Assembly: GCA_043228905.1 (NCBI GenBank) | Contig: JBHGNT010000015.1 | Location: forward strand, 18,476,001-18,540,000 | Direction: 5' to 3' | Source: Azolla caroliniana | Lineage: Eukaryota; Plantae; Polypodiophyta | Length of the DNA stretch: 64,000 nt | Part shown: positions 36,558 through 48,689 of the stretch, in pieces | Layout: each line of letters opens with the position of its first letter | How positions within the stretch are numbered: the first letter of the stretch is position 1 | Made by a program: the position numbers and the translations under genes | Notes under the pieces: generated by a model | The model's database searches: none | What the model was told of the DNA's origin: nothing | Seen by the model: only the letters and a program-made list of their open reading frames with translations

Positions 36558-37481
36558 GAATATTATAATTTACTAAAACCACAAGCCATGTACACCAATT
36601 ATAAACTTGATTGCCACTAGATTAATGCCATCCTTGGCAAGCCCTAATTGTATGTCACAAGCCTTGATTGCAAAATCATGGTAGTTGTTGATGTCAATCT
36701 AAGTAATCATGTCTTGAGGTCTTTAGTTTAAATTTGTTGATTGAGCTTTATTATGCCATTTCATCAATGTTTCAATTTCTTTGCATCAATCCATGGGCCC
36801 TAATCTAGGAATGAGAGCAAAATGATGTTGCACTTTACGTGTTATCCCCCTCTTTTGTTTGTCCCAAGGAACACCAACCATGCTTGATTTGTTCGATGTG
36901 GTTATAGGTTACACACTCTTGATTTAGAACTACAGGCTTTGAGAAGTTAGATTTGTAGACAAAAGGTAACAATAAATATTAAGAATGAGTAGCATTTTCG
37001 CCCTTCTTTGTTAAAGATTTAGTTGTATTTTGTAATTTTTAGTTGAAGGTAACGCTAAAGAGTTTGATGCATTTTCTTTAGTAGTTTAGAAGGTGTTGAG
37101 ATATCAAGCTCAACTAGTTTAATCTAGTCAGTCAACACATGTAACTTAGTAGTTACCTAGATCAAATCTAGTTAATGTGTTGACCTTAAGCCTTTAAATA
37201 GGACCTTGTACTTAAGTGGGATATTCTAGATCCTCCACTCCTTAGTACATTTAATGTAGGACTTACACATAAGTACCTATGTTCTACCCACACATGTGCA
37301 CCTTTGCACATGGGTTGTATATATACCTCATTGTGGGTATTTTTGTACGTTGATGACACTTTTCAATATAGTCAATCATCCCCCATTTATCTTTGTGTTC
37401 AAGTGTAACTTCCTCTCTCTCTCTCTCTTCCTCTCACACACTCTCACGCGCATATCATACTAATCTTCTGCTACTTAACGT

Positions 37482-38306
37482 TGTCGTAGTGTAGGTTGCA
37501 CACTATGTGGAAATTATATTTTTGTCCCTCCGGATAGAGAATGGAGTGCTCGGTGAGAACCGGAAGAAAACGGCATACCGGCAAGGAGGAAAACGGCATA
37601 CCGGCAAGGAAGAAAACGGCATACCGGCAAGGAAGAGCCGGATAAAGAGACATAAATGTAAAAAAAGAAAAAGAAGGAAATACTCACTACTGCGCAAGGC
37701 GTGATTCAAACTCTGCACCTCCACGTTGACAAACCCTAACCTTACCATTACATTAACTTATCTTAAGTGTTTTAAATATAGATTTAATACGTATAAGACC
37801 TTTATTTATGCATACCTTTATTAAAAGGTAAATCGTGTATTTTTTTAATATATGAAAAAGAAAAAAAAAACACGAGACACTAAAAATAACTCATGCACAT
37901 CTAGCGTGCATGAGCCCTATACTTAGGAAATAAAAAAAAGCATCACATGCACATTTAGTGGACATGAACACTTTTTGTAAAAAAAAAAAAAAGCATGAAG
38001 CCATGCTTAGCTCTTCCTTCCTTATATAAGGAGGAGAGAAATATATAAAGGGTTGTTGATTATTTGGATTAAGTATTAATCAATACAAAAATTATTCGTG
38101 GGATTCACGATTTATACATCTACTTCTCTCTTAACACCCTAAGTACCAATTAATATAGTATACTCGTGTGATTCACGAGTTTCTTATCTTTCTCTTCGCT
38201 ATTTACTCATAATTAATCTCTATCTCACGAACTTCTTTCTCCTAGTCCAAGACCTCTGTGGTTCCCACCCGACTCACGCAACGATCCGGAGCCGAAAGGC
38301 ACGACA
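37482..38306 (+). mobile_element. Solo LTR (825 bp) of a Ylt1-like relative, 4-bp TSD ACGT
   Basis: TGTCGT...ACGACA ends; shares the CCTAGTCCAAGACC.C.GTGGT motif with the solo LTR at 16081; TSD checked against the empty site in the 3' LTR (TACTTA-ACGT-AACC). Contains three 23-24-bp tandem repeats at about 37567-37635. Confidence 0.9.
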
Positions 38307-38539
38307 ACGTAACCATATAATTAGTCTCTAATTAACCCTAGTTAATTACCTAATTACTTAACATGGTATCAGAGCGCGTGGTTTAGGAAATCCACTAAGC
38401 CCACCGCTTATTCATGATTGTGTGTTCGAGACGCCGACGACAAATCCCGGCTATTCGCTATCCGCTACCGTAGTGCCACTACGAAGGACGTGTACGCGGC
38501 CAAGAGAAGAAAAACAAAACGGAAGACACAACAATCAAC

Positions 38540-41098
38540 ATGAACAAACAAATGGGAAGCTCACTCCCTAGCGAAAAGCTAGACCGAAGCAACTATTCAT
38601 CTTGGGAGTACAAGATGAATCAATACCTTGTCAACCAAGGGTATTGGAGCTACATCAACGGCGCACTAGAAAACAAACCCGAAACCACACACGCCAACTA
38701 CCCAACATGGGAGCAAGGCGCGAGTCGGGTAATGTATTGCTTGGCAACATGTGTAAACGGCCACATGCTTAGCCACATTCGTGACGCCAAGACGCCCAAA
38801 GAGGCATGGGAAAATCTCAAGAAGATTTTCGCCGCGGACACATCCGCGCGCAAGCTTCAACTCCGGCAAGAGTTGAACAACATACGACAAAAAGAAATGT
38901 CCGTGACGGACTACACCACCAAGATCAAGAGCATTTGCGACTCGCTTGGCTCCATCAACGTCAACATCGACGAGGACGAGATGGTGCAAGTATGCTTGGG
39001 CGGCCTCGCACAACGATTCAACCCGTTGAGAACGGCAATCTTGGCGAGAGATACCCCTCCCTCGTTCTTCAACCTCCAATCAATGCTATTGGTCGAAGAA
39101 AACCACGTTCAACCAAAGACCAACACATCGGAAGGACAAATGCTCTTCTCCGATACGGATGGTGTCCATAGACGAGGTCGACGTGGAAGAGGTCAATTCG
39201 ACCTATCCCACGAAGGGAATTCACAATTTCGGCAAGGAAACGGAAGCCATCGAGGAACCTTCACAAGAAGGGGGAGCTTCCACGCCGAACAAGGTCAGCG
39301 AACGACGCCACCTACGTGCAACTATTGCGGCAAAATCGGCCATCGTGAAGAGGATTGCCGAAAAAGACGAAGCGAGTCGGCCTCGACAAGCCGGCAACTC
39401 ACAAATTACGCCGCGAATGCGGAATACGCGGACTATGGCGGACTCTTCGTGATGAGGCATAGAGCGAACTCTATGATGGCCTCCGATCCCGCAAACTCTG
39501 CAAGCACCTCCAACTCCGAACACGCGTGGTTCGTAGACTCCGGCGCGTCGCACCACATGACGTCGCACCAAGAGTGGTTTCGTGACTTGCGAATGCCGGA
39601 TCGACCCGGCTACATAGAGACCGGAGACGACACTCCGCATCCCATTCGGCACATCGGCGATGTCCCATTCGGGAAAGAAGGGGAGCAAACTTGCATCAAG
39701 AATGTCTTGCACGTGCCCACAATAACAAAGAATTTGGTCTCGGTCGGCCAAATCGTGGAGCAAGGCATGCAAGTCCGCTTCAACAATGAAGGTTGCTTCA
39801 TCGAGAAAGACGGCCGACTCATAGCCAAGGGACGGAGAGACGATCGTTTGTTCATCCTCGGCTCGAACGAGGTGAAATCGGCCATGTACGCCAAAGGTCT
39901 CAAGACCGAGACAAACATTGAGTTGTGGCACAAGCGAATCGGCCACGTAAACCTCCAACGGCTTCGCGGAATGCAATCAAAGGGAGACGTAATCGGACTT
40001 CCGGCCTTCGAATCGAAACGAGTCAACCGAGTGTGCGAAGCATGCCAACTCGGCAAACAACATCGACTCCCATTCCCGAATGAGAGCTCCGCAAGCAAAG
40101 GCCTCCTTGACATAATCCACTCGGACGTATGGGGACCGGCTCAAACGCCGACGCTCGGCGGATGCCGCTACTACGTCACCTTCATCGACGACCACTCGCG
40201 CTACGCGTGGATATACCCGATGAAGAAGAAGAGTGAAGTGCTCTCCCACTTTCAAAGGCTCAAAAGACAAGTGGAGAAAGAAACCGGTCGGCACATTCGA
40301 TGCCTACGATCGGACGGAGGAAAGGAGTACTTCTCCGACAAGTTCACCTCCTACCTCCGAGGTGAAGGCATTCGTAGAGAATTCTCATGCCGACACACTC
40401 CCCAACAAAACGGAGTAGCTGAGAGAAAGAATCGGCAAATACTCGAGGTAGCACGTGCCATGATGCGTGAGAAGCACATGCCGAACTTCTATTGGGCAGA
40501 AGCGGCATCCACGGCCGTCTATCTCATGAAACGGTGCACCACCAATGGAGTCCACGAGCTTACTCCATATGAGATCTTCGTTGGAAGGAAGCCCATCCTC
40601 TCGCACCTCAAGGTGTTCGGAAGCATTGCGAATGTGCACATCCCGAACAAAAGTCGAGAGAAGCCCGACGCGAAATCGGAAGAATGTATCCTCATAGGAT
40701 ACTTGTCCGCGAAAAAGGCGTACAAGTGCTTCAACCCTTCGACCCGAGCGGTGCGGATAAGTCGCGACGTCGTTTTCGATGAATCGGCATCTTGGTATAA
40801 GCCCGATGCGACTCCATCCGACACGATCGAGGAAGAGTTGAACGCCAACTCGGACGACGAAACTCGGCCAAGTCCTCCACCGAAGGACAATCCAAGCTCT
40901 ACCGAGCTAATTGGCCCACAAGAGCCTCCACGCGATGAAAACACGTTGCGGCCAAGTCCGACATCCGACAAAGGCAAAGGTAAGATGCCCGAATATGAAG
41001 TCGAGGTCCACCCCGCCGACCATGATTCGGATGATTCGGCTCGCTCACTAGACAGTGAGTTCGGTGTACCCATCATGAGGACACCCGGACCGGAGTAA
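38540..41098 (+). CDS. Copia gag-protease-integrase polyprotein, 852 aa
   Basis: Open ORF with CNYCGKIGHREEDC, WFVDSGAS, LWHKRIGH..CEAC, HSDVWGP, RSDGGKEY, QNGVAER. Confidence 0.92.
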   Translation: MNKQMGSSLPSEKLDRSNYSSWEYKMNQYLVNQGYWSYINGALENKPETTHANYPTWEQGASRVMYCLATCVNGHMLSHIRDAKTPKEAWENLKKIFAADTSARKLQLRQELNNIRQKEMSVTDYTTKIKSICDSLGSINVNIDEDEMVQVCLGGLAQRFNPLRTAILARDTPPSFFNLQSMLLVEENHVQPKTNTSEGQMLFSDTDGVHRRGRRGRGQFDLSHEGNSQFRQGNGSHRGTFTRRGSFHAEQGQRTTPPTCNYCGKIGHREEDCRKRRSESASTSRQLTNYAANAEYADYGGLFVMRHRANSMMASDPANSASTSNSEHAWFVDSGASHHMTSHQEWFRDLRMPDRPGYIETGDDTPHPIRHIGDVPFGKEGEQTCIKNVLHVPTITKNLVSVGQIVEQGMQVRFNNEGCFIEKDGRLIAKGRRDDRLFILGSNEVKSAMYAKGLKTETNIELWHKRIGHVNLQRLRGMQSKGDVIGLPAFESKRVNRVCEACQLGKQHRLPFPNESSASKGLLDIIHSDVWGPAQTPTLGGCRYYVTFIDDHSRYAWIYPMKKKSEVLSHFQRLKRQVEKETGRHIRCLRSDGGKEYFSDKFTSYLRGEGIRREFSCRHTPQQNGVAERKNRQILEVARAMMREKHMPNFYWAEAASTAVYLMKRCTTNGVHELTPYEIFVGRKPILSHLKVFGSIANVHIPNKSREKPDAKSEECILIGYLSAKKAYKCFNPSTRAVRISRDVVFDESASWYKPDATPSDTIEEELNANSDDETRPSPPPKDNPSSTELIGPQEPPRDENTLRPSPTSDKGKGKMPEYEVEVHPADHDSDDSARSLDSEFGVPIMRTPGPE

Positions 41099-43354
41099 AG
41101 AAGGCGCTCACATCAACAAACAAAAAACTCCGCCGCTCATCACGAGCGAAGACCCAAGTCACTCGTTATGCCTACAACGAGTATATGGCCCATCACTATG
41201 CCCTCATGATGAAGGTAGTGGCTGAACAAGAGCCCGAGGATCCAAGCCTTCGTCACAAGCTTGAGGGGGAGAACAAAGCCATGGAGAACCGCGCAACGAA
41301 GCCACAAATACGCGAAGAAAGCCACACAACGCCGCGCAACAAAGCCGCGGAGAGCCGCGCAACACCGTGAAGAAAGACGCAAGCTGCACCGATGCCGACG
41401 AAGCCGAAGGAAGCTAAACCGGACGTTGGACGCCTCACACTTGAGCTTGAGGGGGTGTGTTGAGATATCAAGCTTAACTAGTTTAATCTAGTCAGTCAAC
41501 ACATGTAACTTAGTAGTTACCTAGATCAAATCTAGTTAATGTGTTGACCTTAAGCCTTTAAATAGGACCTTGTACTTAAGTGGGATATTCTAGATCCTCC
41601 ACTCCTTAGTACATTTAATGTAGGACTTACACATAAGTACCTATGTTCTACCCACACATGTGCACCTTTGCACATGGGTTGTATATATACCTCATTGTGG
41701 GTATTTTTGTATGTTGATGACACTTTTCAATATAGTCAATCATCCCCCATTTATCTTTGTGTTCAAGTGTAACTTCCTCTCTCTCTCTCTTCCTCTCACA
41801 CACTCTCACGCGCATATCATACTAATCTTCTGCTACTTAACGTAACCATATAATTAGTCTCTAATTAACCCTAGTTAATTACCTAATTACTTAACAGAAG
41901 GTTTATATAAATAAGAAACCTTGTAGAGTTCTTGCAACATTATTTTATGTGAAAATATTACCACTTTGGTTATATTAAAGAGCCTCTATGAAGTTTCTTG
42001 TTAATATTATCACATAGGTAGCATGAAATTGTTATTTGATGTTGGTCTTCTTGAAAATATTATGTTCGATCCAAGACCTTCAATGCCACAATTGAATCAT
42101 AGTTTTCTTCAGTGGGTATTATGATTTGTTTTGCCACATCAATAGGGCCTCAACAACATCTTAATATGCTATGAAGGGGCTAGTGGTTCCCTTTGTATAG
42201 CCCAACACCTTTGGCTCCCATATTGTCACATGGTCCCATGTGTTAGAGGTCCTTATGGGTTTGTCCCAAATCCTAGGGTAATTGGTTTCCCAATTATCCT
42301 ACCCTCAAAACCACTAAAATTAGATTTAAAATTGGTCATTACAGTTATGCATGTAACATACAAATAGACTAGCCCCAACGCTTGTTTACACACACGCATA
42401 ATGCGCACCTTAACATTTGGTGAACATGATGTGGAAAGTGTGGGGTGAGTGACGGAGACGTCAAGGAAAAAAAGAATGGAGTTTATCACATTGATGTAGT
42501 ACATGAAGGAGATTATCAAGGTAGAATATGAGGATAAGTGCCTCACACAATCACTTGTGTTACAAAAGAAATTTGAAAGATGCTTCAAGTTGACTTTTAT
42601 GGAGAGGTAGAGAGGACAGAGAAGGCAATGAGTGTGTTAAAAGTGATTCAAGAAGATCCCATAAAGTGGGAAGTCTTCATCGAAAGTTGAAGTTGGTAAC
42701 TATGGGAACATGGATGACGATATGACTAATGTTGTCGGCCATCTAGTAGGGCACACTGAATAAATACAATACACATGTCCAAAAATATAAGTTGATAAAA
42801 CATAGGATAGTTAAGTAGGCTATAAAACATAAATACTACAAAGGGTGTTTTGGGAATATGGAGAACTAGTACTATGGCAAAACCTAGCAAGGACGAGGGA
42901 GCGTGAGCGTGAATCATACCCAATAAGGAACAAACTAGTGTCACTGTGAGTGCAGCCCAATAAGGACCAAGGAGTGTGAGGTGTGAATCCAACCCAGTAA
43001 GGAAGAACCACACAGTGTAGTCGGGCAAGTTGAGCCCAATAAGAACCGACAAGTTCGAATCCAAATCCAACACAACGAGGACTAGGTACGGAGAGAGCGA
43101 GTTGAACCCGATAAGGGCCAACAGGTTTGGACGCGCGGATCTAACACAGGATGAGCCAACTGGTGCGAATCCAAATCCATTGCGGTATATGTACATATTG
43201 CGGTACATATCGGTAGTGTGAAACCAAATGCGGGCGAGTCAGGAGGACTTAAGACCAGGGTATGTGTGTATTTGAAGAAAGTCTTTGAGAACCAATGTTT
43301 GGTTGTTCAGGTTTTTGTTTGGTTTCTCAGGTTGCATGGTGTACCACGGAAAGA

Positions 43355-46300
43355 ATGTTCACCCTCCGAGCGATCCCTCGCTCTCTAGACCACAAATGGC
43401 GATGGAGTTGCAGGTTTTACAATAGATTTTCAACTCAAGGTTACCTCCTTTTCTGTGGATTTTGTATTCTTAAACGTGTATTTTTTTTTATGGGTTCCCT
43501 TGTTTAATACAAGACCCAAGTTTTAGGGAAGAAAGAAGAAAGAAATAGATGTAGATTTCAGTAATTGTTGTAAGAAGATGACTGTTGTTTTTCTCATGCT
43601 TTTATGAGTATTGTGGGAATATTCGAAGATGTGATTTTTTCCATCAGATTTCCAATGGATTACTTCTATTATTTGTGGAACAGTCTTTTTTGCACAATAT
43701 TCTCAAATGGTACAACATATATATAATGAGTTTTATTTTTCCATTGTAATCTCCATGGAATTGATGCATACATGAACAAATATTTTTGTATGATAATTTT
43801 CGTGTACAGATGGCATTGGATTATGCTAAAGAATTGAAAAATAGTTGATTTATTTATTTATTGAATTAACAACTACAAAGAGGGAGGCCTCGGAAGATAG
43901 GCTCAGGAAAAGGAGACTTGTCACAGGGAAGCATTAATTTAATGTCTTGCCTGGATTCTGGCGAGATTGTTTTGCAACTCCCTTAATTATATTTAGCTGT
44001 GCCCGTTTGAGGAGTTTCACACAAAGGGGCAATATGAAGTACCATATGCCTTGTATAGGTTTTTCTTCCCTCGAAGGAAAATCTTACAAAAGCTAGTTTG
44101 GAATTTATATGGTTTAAATCAATCCATTCCCATAACTTGTACATAAATGTATTTGCCTACCTTTCGGGTCAATGTGTGGTGAAACCTTCATGGGGCAGCG
44201 TGGAGAGGGCTTGGACACCCAATTAGAGTTGAACACTCTATTTCATTAATCAACTAAGTGTATTCTTCAGCGATGATAGATAAGTTTGTTAATTGAAAAG
44301 AACGACATGCAATTTCAAGCGAGTTGAAGAGTTCTGAAGCCTATCATGATTCCAATGATTTCATTTACAATTTCTACTGTTTTTGCTTCGACATAGAAGG
44401 TTGTTGATAGATTCATAGAAACTCTCTTCTTAACTTTTTTGGAAGAAAGAGACTTGTCCTAGATGAACTTGGGTTGTATATAGCTACATTTTTCACCAAA
44501 AGGAATGGGGAAGTGCATTATCACACAATATATCTTTCTTGGGGAGCAGTAGCACTATGGTTGCAACAAAGAATTGATATCTTATGTTTTTTTTTTGGGC
44601 GTTACCTTTATACCAAAATGGCAAGATTCTCTGATGGTTTTGATAATAATCAATGGGATATCGTGTTGATTACAGCATTAGGTTCACCACATGGTCACAT
44701 ATCTAGATTAGTCTGTGCCCTGATGTACTAGGTGATGAGACTAAATCTACGCTAGAGATACTGGCACGAGTTGAAACTTGTTTCATATACTGAAGAGTTT
44801 CAAGTATCACATCGTGACCATGTATCTAGAAGAGTTGGTTCTCTGATGTATTGGGTGGTGAGATTCAAATCTGCATTGGAGATACTGGCATGAGTTGAAA
44901 CTTGATTTATATCCTTAGGCAATGCTTCTTACTGGCTGTTTAAGGCAAATAAAAAAACAATGCAAAATTTCCTTGATGTAGATCCTGCTAATATTCTTCA
45001 ACTGTAAATTCATATCATGTGAATAAGTTATGCTCTAAAATTATTGTGGAAACATTTTTGAACATCGGAGGAATTTGAGATGCAAAATTAAACCCTGGTT
45101 CATTTATATGAAGAAAAGTATTTTAACACCAAGACTGAAATTGTGAAATGTATATATATCTTATCATATGCATAAATCATGTCTTCCAAAGTAATAAAAG
45201 AGAATAGAATTTGTAAATTTACTTAAAATTTCTGCAGATAAATTTGCAGGTCATGATTCATCTGCACATGTATATGAAACAACTGATTATTGTGATCATC
45301 GGGGAATGCAACTTATCTTTCTAGGGACATCATCTTCAATCCCCACTTTGAGAAGGAATACATCTTGCCTTGCATTAAGGTTAGGTATGAGGTTATTGAC
45401 ATGAATTAAGTGTTAGACATCTACTATTATCTACATATGAATAGCCATTTACATTTATATGCTTCATGCGCACACATTTGTATACTTCAGGGAAACTCAA
45501 ATCAATGAGAAACTATGCATTTACTCTTGGCTTGCTTGCATGCAGTAACAAAAATTGTTCATACACACTTGATTGACAAAATATTTTGGTTTCAATACTT
45601 TTGTATCATGCAGATGGAGTGGTATTTCTCTTTGATTGTGGTGAAGGCACTCAAAAAAAGCTTAATAGAACCCCATTTCGTAACAGTGCTATTGACAGCA
45701 TCTTTATAACTCACATGCATGGAGATCATGTATCCTTTCTAGATTAGAAAACCTCTCATCTAAGCTTATCTTTGAGTTTAATTTATGTTTTCCTTTGATC
45801 AGGAATCGATTCCACAAATCAGATATTTGGACTTCCAGGTTTGTTTTTATGACAATGACCTTAACGTTTGATAAAGTTCTAGGTGATTACAACTCAAGTA
45901 TGCATATTTCTTTTTAAAAAATTGGATCTAGAATGAAACAATGTTGTGGTGGCTACATATACGTATGAATATCTAGATTCAAAATATTGCATTGCATGTC
46001 CGAATTACTAAAACCTTAGAGCATGTGTCATGATTACTCAGGTCTTTTATCAGGTCTAGGCATAACAGGAAATAAGTCTGAACCTCTTAATATATATGGT
46101 CCTGAGGGTCTCCGTGCATGGATACGTATCACTTTGAAGTCTAGCTATGGGAGGGTCCCTTCCAAGTATAAAGTACACGAAATGAAGCTTGGAGAGGTTC
46201 TTAACACATTATATGAACTATGAATTTATTTTTACATATTGCTTATCTTCTTATCTAGTAACAATTTATGGGTTTTTTATAGGAACCTGGAAAGCTTCCA

Positions 46301-48603
46301 AAACGAGCAAAGGAAATCAATATGCATCAAGATGAGATTCTTGGAAATGATTTTTATTACTCTACTGATGATGGATTATGGCATTTGTAAGAGTTACGTA
46401 ACTTCTATGTATCCTATTCTTAAAAGCCTGGACTAATTGTAATTGTCAAGTTTGGACAAAAATCTATGTATCAAGTAAAACACTTATGCATCGACATTGA
46501 AAATTGTAACAGATTGAAAGATCAAAAGTATATGGTGAAGGCGGGTCTTCTAAGTCATAGTATACCATGCTGGGGGTTTATCTTGGAGGAGCATCCCCGT
46601 CCAGGAAGGTTGCAATCATCCTTTGTTACTATTCTTTTGTAGCCTGACCTGACGCCGTATGAATATGTCAATGTTATTGATTGGGTTGCAATCTCTTTAT
46701 CCAAGATAACTTAGGCCTAAACAATCAATATACCCTAAATTATTTGGATATATATGAGAGTATCCCTAATTTTGCAAAAAGTACCAGAACTTTGTGATAG
46801 GAAGTTGTATACTGCCAAGGGGCATTCTTGTGATTTTGTGGAACTTAAGAGTATTTTGGTGTTTCTGAAGTTTTAAAAATGTGTTGCACTGTGAATTTGT
46901 GCAAACTACTTGGAAACTTTTCATATCATGTTTCTGGCAACTATATTTAAGCTTTCCATATCTTTCCTAGATGCTAAGCTGTCTAAGTTGAACAGGTTCA
47001 ATGTAGATCGAGCAGTCAATCTAGGAGTTAAATCAAGGGATGCATACAATTTACTACAAGAAGGGTACTATGTAACCCTGGAAAATGGGCAAAAGGTGCT
47101 TCCCACCTTTTCAAAGTTATTGTCAATAAGATTTGGATATATTCTCAAGAAAACAAAGTTTATGATGGATCATGTGTTCCATTTACTTCTCAAAATTTTT
47201 AACTACAAAATCACTCAATCCTGGCTTAATGCAATAGTCAAATTTTCCAGGTTTTTCCTTCGGATGTGTTAGGACCTTCTAGGCGAGGGCGTAAGATTGG
47301 TAGGTTGAAAATTTTCATATTATATCTCAAATTGGTACTGGATAATTTCCGTTATATGAAATTCAAAAATATTTAATGGTCTCATTAATTCATTGAAAAC
47401 TTGAAAGACATTGATTCTGAGATAATTTTTGAGATTGTGATCATAGTGAGTGTTATACTTTGATCTCTCCAGATTGATGTAAACTTTTGGCCTGTGAGTT
47501 TTTTTATCATGCTTGTGAGTTGAAGATGGATACATATAATAGCAGTATATGATATTATTATTTATCATCCATATTAAGAGGATTTGTATTGATTTTATAA
47601 CTGCAACAATACAATACCATAGTATGAGGATTTTTTCACTTAAAATATCAAGATTATTTTCAAGGATTTCACTTAAACCATCAAGAATTTCACATTAAAA
47701 ACATAAATAGATGGATAGATAGGGTCTAGGAGGTGATCTATGAGACAATAATAGAATCTATCTATCTATTTATGATGCAAAAGAGATCTGCAGTGTCGTC
47801 ATATTGTTATTCTCTCTACAGTAAAATACAGCTTTTCTATTCTAAATGAGATACTATGAGTACTTAGCTACCAACATCTGAAGTATTTCATTTAAGACAC
47901 TTGCCAATTCCTGGATGTATGGATACAGTTATGATTAAGATATGGGCCTGTTTTACCAGAAAAGCAAAAAAGAACATGATCAGTTCTTTGTATTTATTGT
48001 TGATTATGCTTTATCTTTGCCTAATTTCTAGGCCCTGGCTGATTTTTTTCAATGATTCTGATACAGTTATACTAGGTGATACATATGATTCTGAAACTTT
48101 GCTATTACCATCTAAAGGAGCAGATGTAGTAGTGCATGAATGCACTATTCTTGAGGAGGATGCATCTGAGGCAGTAAAAAGATATCATTCCACAGCTAGT
48201 GAGTGCAAGAGAGAATTTCAGTAAAATCTCGTTCTTTTTATTATTATGTGCAACTTCTCTAATAGATATCTTATTACTATTTTCATAGCCATGGCTGGAC
48301 ATTTTGCTAGAGCCATTGATGCCAGATGCTTGGTACTAACACATTTCAGCTGCAAATTTGAGGTGAATTTTGCTTATAAAAAAACTTCTTTTTGGTTTTT
48401 CGTAATATTAGTATTGCATTTTGTCTGTGGTTCTAAAAAAGAATTTAATCTTAGAATTGCTTTCTTGTTTTTTATTCAAGGCTCGGCCAGACCGAATCGA
48501 TGCTTCAATAAGAGCAGCCCAGATTGCTTTTTGCAAGAAGAAAGTAATTGCTGCTAAGGACCTGCTTGCTGTGACAGTTCGACAGACAGATGAACCAGTA
48601 TGA
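43355..48603 (+). CDS. rnz: Short-form ribonuclease Z (tRNase ZS, bacterial/ElaC type), 12 coding exons, about 398 aa, putative organellar presequence
   Basis: Exons 43355-43439, 45238-45384, 45614-45729, 45823-45838, 46042-46196, 46283-46386, 46513-46608, 46996-47095, 47251-47299, 48067-48198, 48289-48362, 48481-48603 join in frame (1197 nt) with GT-AG introns. Motifs [46 protein letters not shown], flexible arm, GDT, HECT, HST, LTHFS. Exon 1 is less certain than the rest. Confidence 0.93.
44690..44908. repeat. Diverged tandem duplication (about 123-bp period) in intron 1
   Basis: TATCTAGA...CTGATGTA...GAGATACTGGCAYGAGTTGAAACTTG occurs twice. Confidence 0.7.
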
Positions 48604-48689
48604 TTTAATAAAATTGTTTGACCGGCATGGTTCTATCCATTTGTGGCACTTGTGCTTCCATCATCAAGTGGTTGGTATTTAATACTATG

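Larger units (their letters stand above)
37094..41896 (+). mobile_element. Non-autonomous Ty1/Copia lacking RT and RNase H, TSD GAAGG
   Basis: 5' LTR 37094-38363 (interrupted), PBS 38364-38375, PPT GAGGGGG, 3' LTR 41458-41896, TSD at 37089-37093 and 41897-41901. Confidence 0.95.

Noticed and set aside
36112-36576. Repeat protein with 18-aa units (also 29591-30523)
   Set aside because: Translation of a 54-bp LTR tandem repeat that is open in several frames.
41900-43250. ORFs 42253-42588 and 42726-43208 as genes
   Set aside because: No recognisable domain or consistent splice structure; probably intergenic or promoter DNA with old repeat debris.
43805-43850. MALDYAKEL peptide in intron 1 resembling the RPN12 C-terminus
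   Set aside because: Too short, frameshifted and without supporting exons.
43355-48603. Functional link between RNase Z and neighbouring tRNA-primed or tRNA-like retroelements
   Set aside because: Adjacency in a TE-dense eukaryotic genome is not evidence of a shared system.
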